In this document: positions 39,711 to 52,695 of the stretch, one piece after another
How the letters are laid out: each line of letters begins with the position of its first letter
How positions within the stretch are numbered: position 1 is the first letter of the stretch
Assembly (NCBI RefSeq): GCF_036588685.1
Contig: NC_086382.1
Coordinates: 71,858,001 to 71,922,000 of the forward strand
DNA length: 64,000 nt
From: Mytilus trossulus
Taxonomy: Eukaryota
Direction: 5' to 3'
Made by a program: the position numbers and the translations under genes
Notes under the pieces: model-generated
The model's input: the letters and a program-made list of their open reading frames with translations, nothing else
Told to the model about the DNA's origin: nothing
Databases searched by the model: none

Positions 39711-40249
39711 TTTATTATGTATGTATGAAAAGTTCTTTTTTTAATTTTGATTATTCCATGACTTGAAATAATAGTTTAATTTTTAATTTTAGAAAACATG
39801 TCTTTGAGTTAATAAACTAACAATGTTAAAATAAAGTTGAATGTGTGAAGGAATTGGAATCCATCCGCCTACATGCAATTTTTGTTTTTATGAAAGCATT
39901 TCTGTTTTGACTTATTGTAAATTAACGGTTTAACTGTTGTGTAAAATGTTAATGAAAATATTTTTTTTTGTTTGGAAAGAGATAATGTGTATATTCTATT
40001 TTTATTTCAAAGATTAATTAAAGAAAATAAAGTGACAATGCAGTATAATATAAATGTATGAATATATCTGTGTGTGATATTGTAGGGAATTTGCTAAAAC
40101 TGTGATATCATTGTAGGTCAATCTGTAAAATAACTGTATAATGTGTAAATATGATGTCTGATTATAATAAAGATAAAAAAAGAGATATATCTGAAGTAAT
40201 CGAGAATAAAGTAAACAAAACAAAATGTTAGAACCTCTACACATTTCTG

Positions 40250-40670
40250 TTTTACTGTCGAAAATTTAGTTTACCTTGCGACGCGGAGCGGAGACAGGTA
40301 AACGGGTATTTACGACAGTAAAACTACCGATGGATGTCCGCAAAGCTTCAAAAACAATACAGTTACCTCTATTTTAATGCAAAACAAGTTCATAATTAAA
40401 TTTCAATCATTATTTCAGTTTCAAATCTTCGTTAACGAAAATTCCGCGAAAAAATGTTATCTTCTTTGGTCCCTACATTAGGTGACGTCATAGGTAAGCT
40501 TCCGGCGCCAAACATAAACACCGAGCGTTTTCTGACTTCTGTGCCGCTTCAGAATGTAATAACATTTGATAAAAAGAAGATTTTTAGGATTAACAGGTGA
40601 GTTTTTTGTTTATTATTGTAGATATAACATGTCAATACATTCTGAAATTCAAAATGTCGGCTTCCTTGTT
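40250..40670 (+). mobile_element. Non-autonomous hairpin element (Crypton/MITE-like), copy 1
   Basis: Highly similar to 45631-46086; hairpin centred on gcgacgcggagcggag. Confidence 0.65.
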
Positions 40671-41564
40671 TAGTAATCTTAGTTGGTCTTTAATGGACAG
40701 TTACTGACAATCATTGAAACGGAACAGGAATTTTCTAATTTTTCATGTGTAAAATAGATAAAAACGATATTTTTTATATCCAGCAAACAGTTTCATATGT
40801 GTTTTGTCGATATGTTTAATTAAAGTCACATATTATGGGCATAAACAGGAAAGGTGGGAAAATGCAGTGGTTGCAGATACGTTTTTGATTGAGTGTTAAT
40901 GATAAAATCAGATATAAGAACAAATGAATAGTTGAATATCATTTCAGAGATCTATTTAAGAATGTTTGGTGCTAGGAATAAAACATGGTTAATGAATAGC
41001 AGGCGGAAACCCAGATGAAATAGAACAAAAAAATCGAAGCTCTTTGTTAGAGAAAGCTTTAAATGCTTACAGTAATGTTTATAATAGTAAAAAATAAAAT
41101 AAAAAATTAGTAGAAACGAATAAAAAGACATTTTTCTGCCAAATCACGAAGTATTTTTATCTGAAAAACAACATTTGCATAAGTTTTCAATTTATTTATT
41201 CCAAATTAAGCAGAACACTTAAGATATCTCGTTGACAACATTGGCGTCTATTAAAGTCCTCAAAGAAACCTCAAATTAAAAAAAAAAGAATGCATATATT
41301 TTGTATAACTCAATGGATAGCTTTCATTATACAACTTATTTGCATATACTTTTTTCTGAAGAAAATTCTTTGATATATTCATATTAAGAATACGTTTACT
41401 TTATTTTTATTGCTTCCTTCTAGGATAATTTCAAGAAATAGGTAACAATTGCATCGAAAAGAGAAAACCGAATGCACCTTTTTTAATGTCAGGGCGTGTT
41501 TGAGTTTAATATTTTGCCTTGAAAACGTATAAAGCAAGAGTATTTGGTACACCATCTCGCTTCA

Positions 41565-41765
41565 TGGTATGAGTGCCAATGAGACAACTATCCATCCAAA
41601 TAACAATTTATAAAAGTAAATTATCATAGGTCATGGTATGGCCTTCAACACGGAGCCTTGGCTCACACCGAACAACAAGCTATAAAGGGCCCCAAAATTA
41701 CTAGCGTAAAACCATTCAAACGGGAAAACCAACGATCTAATCTATATAAAAAAACGAGAAACGAG
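41565..41765 (-). repeat. Repeat family E 3' region
   Basis: Reverse complement of 1780-1970. Confidence 0.75.
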
Positions 41766-42428
41766 AAATTCATATTGTATAATATAGTTTTAATAGTCAA
41801 ACTAGCCAATGTGTATTTATATTTTTGACTCTGACAATTACAACTCCCAATTTTAGCATAATTGCTAACTATTATCTACAACGATACAAGTAGACAAGAT
41901 TTGTTGCTTGCCATCAATGAATAAAAGATCAACAGAATTTTATTACGCAACGTCATTTGCCAGACATGTTTACGGCCGCAACGTCAACTGCTAATCACAT
42001 TGTCGAGTGCCATTGAGTACAGATTCATGTCATAAATGTTTCCCATCAACTGGAGTTTCAAAGAATCGACTGAAGGAAAACCTTAAAAGCCCTAAGTTCC
42101 AACCTCGAAATTGCCAAAACCAATTAAATGGTTGAACAAACACAAAATCAGAAGGTGTAAAACAGACCCAAAAACATGTCGGACATAATTTGTTGACCTT
42201 TCTGGCAATCTTTTTTGCGTTTGTAACAGGTTGTCATCACTTTTGACGGTGATACATTTATAAAAAAAAATAACACAAAAATAATCTAGTGTTGCGTTTC
42301 TAAAGTCGGTCAGTATACTATGAATATCTGCATAACTTCATCATTGTTCATTGAAACCTTAAAATAAATTTTCAGAAAAAAATGATCTATTGGACCATAA
42401 TAAGAACGAAAATTAGTTTTCATTGATA

Positions 42429-42745
42429 TCACACTATTTGATAAACGAACATCATGTTAACATCAGCTACTCCTTGAGGACATGTAGTTTCACACTTCTG
42501 TCCTGGAATCAATGAAAAAACGCTCGAATTAAATGTCGCGGATGCCCAACACTCTCCCCAGAATTCTATTCCGAAATATTTGTAGCTGGTGTTATGAGCA
42601 AGATTTGCACATGCGTCAATAATGAGCTGTAAATTCTCCCAAACTATAGAATCCCTAAGACTGGACAACAATTTTGGTAAAGGATTTGGATGTCCCCCAG
42701 CACTGAAGCATCCAACTGGTTGGTAGTCGAACGTAGCCAGTGTAA
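42429..42745 (-). CDS. Secreted PAN/Apple + Cys-rich + WSC-like protein, exon 3 (WSC-like domain)
   Basis: YQPVGCF...IDACA...YKYFGIEFWGECW...C...C...MFVY; acceptor ttttttAG at 42747-42746, phase 1. Confidence 0.88.
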
Positions 42746-43247
42746 CTAAAAAATAAAATGCAAACGTATTAAGAGCAACATAGTAATAAACTGATCAACA
42801 CATGGTGTATGCACTCTATCTGCTCGTTTACATTTAAATAATTTGTTTTTGAAATATGAAGTGACTTTCATTGACGTATTTGCTTATAACCACCTCATTC
42901 GATTTGATTAATTGATTGATTGATTGATGTTTAATGCCGCTTTCAATACACTTCATTTGAACTGTGGTGGATAGTTGTTGCATTGACAACGATACCACAT
43001 CTTCTAAATTTATATTATTAAAATAACAGTTATCGAACTAAACATGCAAAGTAAACCTATATACAGCAAATCAGTTTCCGAAATAAGAATTTGAGCAAGT
43101 GTGACAATTAAAAAGTTTTCAGTTAGACAATGGTCAATTTTTCTCCTGTGTTCGACAAGTGAGGTAGTTAGTCGGGTTATCATTCTTGGCACCTAACTTA
43201 TTTTCATTTGTAAAATATTTTTTCTGGCTGATACAAATCACATCATA

Positions 43248-43452
43248 TAATAAAGAAGATGTGGTATGATTGCCAATGAGACAACTATCCACAAAAGACC
43301 AAAATGACACAAACATTAACAACTGTAGGTCAACGTACGGCCTTCAACAATGAGCAAAGCCCAAACCGCATAGTCAGCTATAAATGGCCCCGATAAGACA
43401 ATGTAAAAAATTCAAAAGAGAAAATTAACGACCTCATTTATGTAAAAAAATG
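43248..43452 (-). repeat. Repeat family B 3' end
   Basis: aagaagatgtggtatgattgccaatgagacaac... matches 33838. Confidence 0.8.
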
Positions 43453-43888
43453 ACTCTTTTTTTTATTATATAAACCTATCAAAACAAAAAATAGGTTTTT
43501 TTTAAACAACAACGACTGGCCTGCAATGAATGCTTAAGCTCATGAATATGAGTATAGTTTTTTTTTAACGTTTTATTAAGACTGGTGAAGTGACACTCTT
43601 TTTAATTTCTTTCTATTTATTTTTCTATAAACTATAGACCAATACTGATTAAAACGATGGTCTGAACTTTATATATGGTGCGTTTTGTTATAATAACATA
43701 ATTGGTGCCAATTTTTCTGAACCAGATGCATATTTCGACAATCAATGTCTCTGCAATGTATCATGTTGCATTGTATTTAATTTGTTCTTTATCTTAAAAT
43801 TCGACAGCAGACGGTTTCCTTTTCCATTAACATTTGAATACAGGTTTATATAATTGATTTAATTTATCTATTGCATCAGACAACTTAC

Positions 43889-44036
43889 ATTTTGACGGCA
43901 TGCAGTTGCTACATCCATCAGTCGGTACACACACATCGGAAACCACACATTGGTAAGGTGTGCTGAGTCCGTACGGATTTGGTTCACACACTAGATCATC
44001 TGCACATGTATGTCCAGCACAGCGACCCAGTAGACT
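43889..44036 (-). CDS. Secreted PAN/Apple + Cys-rich + WSC-like protein, exon 2 (Cys-rich linker)
   Basis: ttttAG|SLLGRCAGHTCADDLVCEPNPYGLSTPYQCVVSDVCVPTDGCSNCMPSK|GTAAGT; phases 0/1 fit both neighbouring exons; not in the ORF track. Confidence 0.85.
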
Positions 44037-45630
44037 CTAAAATACATGCAATACGTGATTGAAATGGCTGGTCCGAGAACACAATTAATTCTTAGTGCAT
44101 TTCTTTTAGAACATAAATGAAAATTTAAAAAATCCCACCTGCGCTTTCTCAATGAAATTTTCACAGTGTGTTGTACTACTTTTGGAACAAATTATATAAA
44201 AATTATAGAAAACTTCATCGTCTCTAACTCAAAATATGGACAATTTTATCTTTAGGGCGTCTTGAAATCTTTTGACAGCGTCCGAAGTGCTATTTTTTAA
44301 CCTTTTTCAGCTGAACCAAATCACTACTTTCCTTTAAAATTCTGGACCCAAATTTTTTTACAGTGTAATTTCACCCCCCTACTTACAATTTGAGGCATTA
44401 AACATGGAGAAATAAATTTGAAAGGGGTATAAAAATTAATGGCAAGTAACCCACTGTTAACACTAGGGACTATATTCGTCGATTGTGATCTCGGACCGGC
44501 TGTTAAACTTGACACAATAGCTAGTAACTTCATAACATGAAATAATGAATAGAACTTTTATATTAAATTGAAACTCTCAATAACAAATTATTGTTGTAAT
44601 AACAACTACAACAGACACAAAACTATGTTTCTGTGTATTTGGTGTTTTCAAGTCCATGTAGTAATTCGTTGTCATATATCTTCCTTTTTTCATTTGTCAT
44701 AGAACTGTAGATATTTCTAGTCAATTAACAGTTAGCATTCGGAAATTTACGTTTACCTCACACTATCTCTAAAAGGTTTGATAAAACGAAAAAACAATTG
44801 CATCAGTATTTCCCCTAATTCCAATGGGCTGCAATTTGGTCTAAAAATATTCATCTTGCGAATGTGATTTTGTTGCAGACCCTTTGGTTGAATTTGTTTA
44901 CAATAAGCAAAGTAAAATATTCGCTTGTAAAAATAACACATTTTCACATAGCAAAATGCCTGTAGAGAGACATAAATATGACAACTGTCATCTACTTGCT
45001 TGATGTAGTTGTGGCTTTTGATTTTACTATTTGATTACGGGCTTTTCGTTTTGAAGTTTCCTCGGAACTTTTGTTATTTTACTTTTTGCAGTTGAATATT
45101 TTGACCTTATTGAATCCGTATGCATGTGACATTAATTTAAAACATTATCTAAAGATTTGTTGCACATAAACTAGTCGTGCCTTAAAAAAGAATAACATGT
45201 CAACGTTGAAAGTGAAACAAAAGGCAACCATTTCGTTTACTGATTCGACCGCTACACAATAATTCTTCTTCAGTTTAAAACGAAATTAACTTTCGTATTT
45301 AACCTACAACAGACATACAAGCATCCATTTGCACGAGGTCCATGTCTATTTATATTAACGTTTATGTGTGTATCGTGTTAGATGACCGTCGGCAGTCTTC
45401 AAAGGTCATATCGATAGTCAATATGATGATTGAATAACGGTTGAAATACACATGAAATGTAGATAAAAATACATATGTTGTATCGGGTACTTACATTAAT
45501 AACTGTTTATTTCAGACATATTGTGACTTGGATACACATTTTAGTATCTTATAAGTCAAATCGGTGAAAATAATTGTTCACAGCTAATGCCCGTTTATAT
45601 AACATGTATCTTTAGCACTATTTAAGATAT

Positions 45631-46086
45631 AACTGAATTGTATTTGAAGCTTTAAGGACGTCCATCGGTAGTTTTACTGTCGCAAATTTAGTTTACCTGG
45701 CGACGCGGAGTTATCTCTATTCTAATGCAAATCAAGTTTATAATTAAATTTCAATCATGATTTCAGTGTAAAATGTTCATTAAAGAAAATTCCGCGAAAA
45801 GATGTCATGTTCTTTGGTCTCTACACTAGGTAACGTCATAGGTATGCTTCCGGCGTTACACATAAACACCGGGCGTTTTCTGGCTTCTGTGCCGCTTCAA
45901 AATGTAATAACATTTGGTAAAAAGAAGATTTTTAGGCGTAACAAGTGAGTTTTTTGTTTATTATTGTAGAAATAACATGTCAAAACATTCCGAAATTCAA
46001 AATGTCGGCTTCCGTAGTTACAGACAAGGAGCTTGTCGTTATCCAATCAGAACAATTGTTACAAAATAATTGTATTAGAATAGACA
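45631..46086 (+). mobile_element. Non-autonomous hairpin/TIR element, copy 2
   Basis: Homologous to 40250-40670; inverted repeat tctctattctaatgcaa (45714) / ttgtattagaatagaca (ends 46086). Confidence 0.65.
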
Positions 46087-47093
46087 AAATTATTTGATGC
46101 TTTGGTGGCTCCTATTTTGACCTATTCCTCGGAAATATGGGGGTTTGAAAATAAAAATAATACTGAAAAGTTACATCTTCAGTTTTGTAAGCGCACTTTG
46201 GGTGTACGATCATCTACGCCAAATTTTATGGTATATGGGGAACTTGGAAGATTTCCGGTTGAACTGCAGATCAAGTTAAAAATGGTATGTTTTTGGCACA
46301 AGCTAGCAACAAATGATAAAACACTATCGGGTAAACTTTATAAGTTACTTTGGTACATGCATGAGCATGAAGGTTGTAATTTTAAGTGGTTTAACTATGT
46401 AAAATCTGTGTTTAATGATTGTGGCTTTTGTGAACTATATAATTTTCCGGAGCAAGTTGATTATAATTATATTAAAATTAATGTAAGGCAGCGTCTCCAG
46501 GACCAGTTTATTCAAAAATGGTTCTCAGATATAAACAATTCATCAAGGGAGGAATTTTATCTACACTTTAAAGAAGAGTTTTGCTTGGAACCATATCTGT
46601 TAAAATTAAGGCGGGGTCATAGGGTAAACATATGTAAATTAAGGGTATGTAATACAAAGTTTCCCATCGAAACAGGAAGATGGAGAAATGTACCACGAAA
46701 TGAGAGGATTTGTCCACTTTGTAAAGCTGGTCTTGGAGATGTATACCACTATATATGTAAATGTACCAACTATGAAGTTAAGGATTTAAGGGGGAAGTTC
46801 ATACCTCCATATTATTTAAAATATCCAAATGAAAAAAAAGTACTTGGCATGCTTAAATATAGTAATAGTAATGTGCTGTCTAAGCTGTCAATTTTTATTC
46901 AAAAGGTAGAAAAGATGCTTGTCTAATTTAAAACTGTAATAAACACAAACTTATTTTTGAAGATGTATAATTTAAAAATGTATTATGTTTGTATGATGAA
47001 CTATGTTGTAATTAATATTGTGTATATAAATATGCTCCTGTTACGCAGTCTTCTGCGGCTGAGTTTTCTCTAATAAACTAAACTAAACTAAAC
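46087..47093 (+). mobile_element. 5'-truncated non-LTR retrotransposon (ORF2 C-terminus, RTE-X/L2-like), antisense in intron
   Basis: PIL.Y.SEIWG, VYGELGR.P and IETGRW..R.ERIC..C..GD.YH...C zinc-knuckle motifs; 3' hairpin, AATAAA and (CTAAA)n tail; clade assignment uncertain. Confidence 0.88.
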
Positions 47094-47155
47094 AATTAAA
47101 TGACACCATAAGTTACGTCGCCCTATTTTGTGAATTAACCAACAGCATCAAGAAC

Positions 47156-47354
47156 TACTGTAAATTAACTTATTTTCGCGGATACCTTATTCGCAAATAG
47201 GCGTTTCTTTTCGACTTTGAGACTGTTTATATTCGCGATGTTGTAATCTTATTGATGGATTTATATAGTAGAAGATAGAAGTTTAAAATACTATTTTTAT
47301 ACTCGCGAAAGTCGCAAAAATAAAACGCTCGCGAAACTTATTTATTTTACACTA
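47156..47354. mobile_element. Short MITE with TACTGTAAA...TTTACA(c)TA ends
   Basis: Imperfect TIRs and internal inverted ttcgcg/cgcgaa motifs. Confidence 0.55.
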
Positions 47355-47366
47355 TCTTTACCGTAC

Positions 47367-47720
47367 CTCGTCAATGCCATCAATACTATAATACTGTGTG
47401 AAATCTGTTGATGCTGTCAGGGAAGCTGGTTGTGTATTGTGGTCCTCGCTATTCAGTTGGCAATCAGATGTATCTGTGTTGTAGTTGACAGATTTACATT
47501 TTCGTTGATCGAGACATCTTATTAAACAAAATGTTTTGTCAGGTTGAATATTGGTTTCATATACAAAGTTTCCCAAACCTTTTTCCCTTAACGACAATTG
47601 CAGTAATGGCAAATTTACGATTTTACAGTTTTCTTCAAATTCAGCTGCAAATATTGAATCCAGAATGAGAACACAACACAGCATTAAATTCATCTTGAAA
47701 TTAAACTGCATAGAATCCAT
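47367..47720 (-). CDS. Secreted PAN/Apple + Cys-rich + WSC-like protein, exon 1 (signal peptide + PAN/Apple domain)
   Basis: CLIRC....CKSVNY......CQLN PAN pattern; donor GAG|GTACGG at 47366; spliced product 272 aa. Confidence 0.88.
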
Positions 47721-48292
47721 TTTCTGTGGCTTTTAAAAAATTTAGAATTCTGAAATATTCGGTTTGTTACAATATATCTGCACAGTAAGCTGTATCTTTC
47801 CCTGAAGAGTGAGTGTTATGACATGTTAAAAACTACTAAGAATATTCCCCTTAAGAAGCTTATCGTTCTAAATAAGAAGTTCCGAACGAACTCATACGTT
47901 ACATTATTATCCATTGATTATTATAATATAGTTTTATTTTAATTAATGCAATATTTTTCTAATGCATTAAGGAAGAGATAGATCAATTTTATCATTGTCA
48001 TAATATAGACTTTGGCATTAATTTACCATTAGCATGCATGAAAATCAAACATAATCCTCTCAGCAATATGTTTTGATATCTGTATTTTAGAATTGTACAG
48101 CAAGTAGACAAAAGTGTTTTGGTTTGAAAGCCCTAGTTGCAGCATACTAAGGGGATAAATCACAAACAATGAGTGATCTAATATTCGACCTTTCAACAGT
48201 CATACACAAGGCGATGAAATCAAATATAATCGCACTATAATGATTACTTAATTTAAATATTGGCTCCATAAAATAACATGACATTCGTATCT

Positions 48293-49104
48293 AATAGTAG
48301 TTATTAAAGAAACCAGGATTATGATTTGATGTCCCAGACGCGCTTTTCGTCTAAACAAGACTCATCAGTGACGCTCAGATCAAAAAAGTTATAACCACTT
48401 CCACGTGTATTTTTTGTCTATCTGATGAGTTAACCCTTCTTCAACAGATTTTTATAGTTCGTTCTTATGTTGTACTGTTATACCACTGTCCCAGGTTAGG
48501 GGAGGGTTTTAACCACGCCACATTATTTATGTATGTGCCTGTCCCAAGTTAGGAGTCTGTAACTCAGTGGTTGTCGTTTGTTTATGTGTTACATATTTGT
48601 TTTTACATAAATAAGGCCGTTAGTTTTCTCGTTCGAATTGTTTTACATTGTCTTATCGAAGCCTTTTATAGCAGACTATGTGGTATGGGCTTTGCTCATT
48701 GCTGAAGGCCGTACGGTGACCGATAGTTGTTAATGTTTGTGTCTTTTTGGTCTTTTTGTCTCATTGACAATCATACCACATCTTCTTTTTTATATAACGC
48801 CAAAGAAGTACAAAGTTGTACAGCATTGAGGACCCACAATTCCAAATAATGTTGTGCCCAATAGTGCTTAGATAATCTTATTTCTTGGATTAAAAAAACC
48901 TTAGTTTTTCGAAATATTCAAAGTTTGTAAACAGGAAATTTATAAAAAAAAAATGACATACAATTGATATTCATGTCAACACCAAAGTGCTGACTACGGG
49001 ACTGTTGATACCCTCGGGGACGAAACGTCCACCACCAGTGGCTTCGAAACAGTGGTATAAATAGTTATTAAAGGTACAAGGATTATAACTTAATACGCTA
49101 GACG
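48293..49104 (-). mobile_element. Hammerhead retrozyme-like repeat (family H) interrupted by a family B insertion
   Basis: Terminal redundancy at 48296 and 49060; hammerhead at 48331-48375 (stem III mismatch). Confidence 0.8.
48395..48797 (+). repeat. Repeat family B nested in family H; twister-like motif at 48482-48571 lacking the palindromes
   Basis: Homologous to 55962-56395; TATAA on both sides. Confidence 0.8.
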
Positions 49105-50122
49105 ATAAATCACAAAAACGAGTGATCTAGTATTCGATTTTTCAACTGAAACCAACTTTTCAATGAGTGATGTGTTGTCTAGGAAAATAATAGAAATAGT
49201 AGAGTGATATAATTTCTCTGCCTAAGAGTTTAAAATATATATGACACCGTTTTAAATTCATATAACACAGCCTTTTTGGAAAAAAACCAAACCAGATAAT
49301 ACAAGATTAAATATTTTGAGATCAATTTATGTTTGAGAACGTTAACACCATTCTTAATGTATAATCAGTCAAATCAAGTTAACCTACATAATTTATTAAC
49401 CGATATATTGTGCTGATTTCAAGTCATTTAGCTGATGTTACCCTTGTGAACTGGATGTCCATTAGCAGTGGTCTTGAAGCAATGTCAGTTATATATAATT
49501 AAAGATATATATCATTTGTAAAGCTCTAACTTACTGTGAATCTATCCATGTTGTCCATGAATCTAACAAACATGACGTTAAGGACATGTTTTAACTACAT
49601 TCAAGTATATAAGTCAATTAGGAAATTCAGACATATAGAGTACAGCAGACAGTATCATAAAATACTAGAGTTCCTGCAGTCTATTTCTATATGAGCAGTA
49701 GCCACATATTTAGATTCAGGATTACACAAATTAATGCACATGGTACAATACTGACTTTAGATTAAAGAGTGTTTGTAGGTAGGACATCTCACTTTCCTCG
49801 AGTTAATATAGTTATGCTATGATACATTTATTTGTATGAAATAGGGATGACAACGAGTATTCGAATATCGCTCGGTATAACGGAGTATCGATTATCAAAA
49901 TGATACTCGACTAATCGGTTTCCTTTTCGTATGTTGCTGCTTTCTTGAGTTTAAACACAAAATATATTTAATGAGGGCGTCTCCTATGAAATTATGTATT
50001 AATCAAATTCAATTTCAATTAAAGTTCGCTTCGGATGTTTGCAAATAACTGTCATTAAAAATTATTTCACACAAAAGTACATTTAGGATTCATGAACAAG
50101 AGCATTTTTCCAAGGCTGACAG

Positions 50123-51178
50123 TTTTACTGTGCCTATCCAATAAGCTTTGTGGTAGTGAATTACCTATTGCCTGACCAGTTTAAAAAATTGTCAATACAA
50201 TTTGTCCATTTAAATTGTACAACAGGTATTGTGAGAGCTATTATCAACAGGTGGTCATTTAACTACCTGTAGATTTACCTGGTTTGTTTTTGACAGAGCT
50301 AATTTAAATGAATTTAAATGAATGATACATGAAGCTAGCTTGCTTTCCTCATGTTTAATGTCCTGAATGAACTATTCTGTTTAGGTATGGGATATTTTAC
50401 ATTAAATGCACTATTTGTTCTTTCTAATAAAGATATTTATTGTAAATTTATTCATTTTGCTTACAATCACAAATAAATCATTGCTGGTAAATTCCACTTT
50501 CATAATGAAGAATAAAGCATTGAAATTTCTATTCACTAAGCCATTTGTACTTTTTTTGATGTATTAAAAATAAATTTTCAAACAGTAATTCCAATTGAAG
50601 TAGATCCTGAATATTAAATGAAACTTAGCACCACTACTATTCCATTTCAGGAATCTTAATATAACATGAAAATATATCCCATTAGAAAACACTACGCCAC
50701 ACATAATTCATCTTGTAGAATTATTCACAAATAGATGGGCTATCCAAAAAAAATCATTTCACAAACACTTTAATTCCATTTAGGAATCAAAAACTTAAAT
50801 ATATTCCACATTAAAAACACCACGAAGCAAACATATATCTCCTTTTTAATAAACTAAATTCACTGATTGAAATTTCCATCTTGACTATTTAGAGACACAA
50901 AAAGAAATGGCTTAAAATGTCCAATATCTAAATAGAATAGTCTATTCAGGAAATTGGTCATGATGCATGAGCAAAGCAAGCTAGCTATCAGTCATTTAAA
51001 TTTTACCTTTTAGGAATAGTGAAGATTTTTTTACTGGGTAGTTAAATGACCACCTGTTGATGAGCTCTCACAATACCTATTGTACAATTTAAATGGACAA
51101 ATTGTGTTGACAATTTTTTATTCTGGTCAGGCAATAGGTATTTAAATACCTCAAAGGTGATGGGATAATGACAGTAAA
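50123..51178. repeat. Long inverted repeat (~270-bp arms) with internal degenerate direct repeats; foldback/hAT-like relic
   Basis: 50123-50400 is the reverse complement of 50910-51178; hAT-like TAGGGATG end at 49842 has no visible partner. Confidence 0.75.
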
Positions 51179-52241
51179 TAAAATTAGCATCTCCCTCACG
51201 ATATTTTCATCAGCAGGACTGATAGTTACCTTACAAATTTTAGAAATCGCTACGTCCAATAAAAAATTGACAAAATAATATTTTTCAATAAGAACAAATT
51301 CGATGGACCCATGTTTCGATCCTCAGAAAATGGTTTTTGCATCAGTTGGTTCTAATTACGACCCATTTCTCAATCGTGTAATGCGGTTTTTTTTTCATTT
51401 CCCAAATTATGTTTCTGTTAATTCACTTCTTGATTAGATCATTACCATTACATAATTAGTATTTGTAGTAAATGAGCCATTAAGTATGGTAAAAAATTCC
51501 TTTGAGTATAATCCAGTCATAGGTAATAATGTTGAGGGTTTAAGGATCATACGGCAACCATCCACAATGCATAAAATGGGTATAATTTTGTGTTTCCATT
51601 TTGCAAATGGTTTTGTTTCAATATTTGTTGTCTTTTTGTGAAGAAAATGCTAATGAAAATGATTGTTTGTGTTTTATTTTTTGTCAAGGCATAAGTGTGT
51701 ATTTGTAATGTGTATGGTTTTTTTATGTCGTTATGAAAAGGAGACTAATTTTGCTATTTTTGTCATTTCGGGGACAAAATATTGACATCGATATATCTAA
51801 ACAAATATAAAAAATAAAGAGAGCACAATTAAGTGTATAGGTAAACCCAAAACAAATAAGAATTAAAATTAGAATTGAAAGGAATTATTTTGTAGAAATT
51901 ACTCAAAGGTAATATTCCATGATATGTAAGAATAACCCTTTAACGTCACAATTTGGAATCGCAATGTAAAAAGTTTATTTGGGAAAGTTCTTGCCATTGC
52001 AATAAATGTTAAACTCTCCTGTATCAACAGCCAAATATTCACCCCTTTTTTTGTGTTGACATGATTATCATTGATATGGTTATATTAATAAATTACCTGT
52101 TTACAAAATTTTTAAATACTAAGACTTTTTTTACCTCAGACATAGATTACTGTAGCTGTATTTGGCAAAACTTTTAGAAATGTTGGTCCTCAATGCTCTT
52201 TAACGTCCTTTATTTGGCCTTTTTAACGTTTTTGGATATGA

Positions 52242-52285
52242 GCGTTACTGATGAGTCTTTTGTAGACGAAACGCGCGTCTGGCAT
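52242..52285 (+). ncRNA. Minimal type-I hammerhead ribozyme (within family H copy 52050-52326)
   Basis: gcguua-CUGAUGA-gucu(uuugu)agac-GAAA-cgcgc-GUC^uggcau; core intact, stem I weakened. Confidence 0.8.
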
Positions 52286-52695
52286 ATATACAAAATTAAG
52301 TCCTGGTATCTATGATGAGCTTATTTGATGACTGACTTACAAAACTCATTTAAAATAATATTATTCAAGAAATGAAATAACTTCCTTTTAATGAAAACAA
52401 TATAGTTCTCTCTAGAAATAGATTCATTATTAAAAATAAATACGTCTTCAATGTATCCATAGAAACATGCGGTTGAATTCTGAAAGACGTGTAGTCACAA
52501 AATCAATTTAACGTTAGAAAAAGTTGTTAAAAAAAGACTGCTTTAAATCCATCAGCAAATCAAATTGCAACATCAATAACATTGAAATATTTATTTACCT
52601 TCATTTGTACTGATACGTATACACATTTTTTCCTGTCATCAAACACGATATCATGTTAATAATAGTTATCAAAGGTACAATGATTATAATTTAGT

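Noticed and set aside
47358-47366. Alternative donor G|GTAAAG at 47361 or in-frame stop ending the PAN ORF
   Set aside because: The phase-2 donor does not fit exon 2; the phase-0 donor at 47366 does
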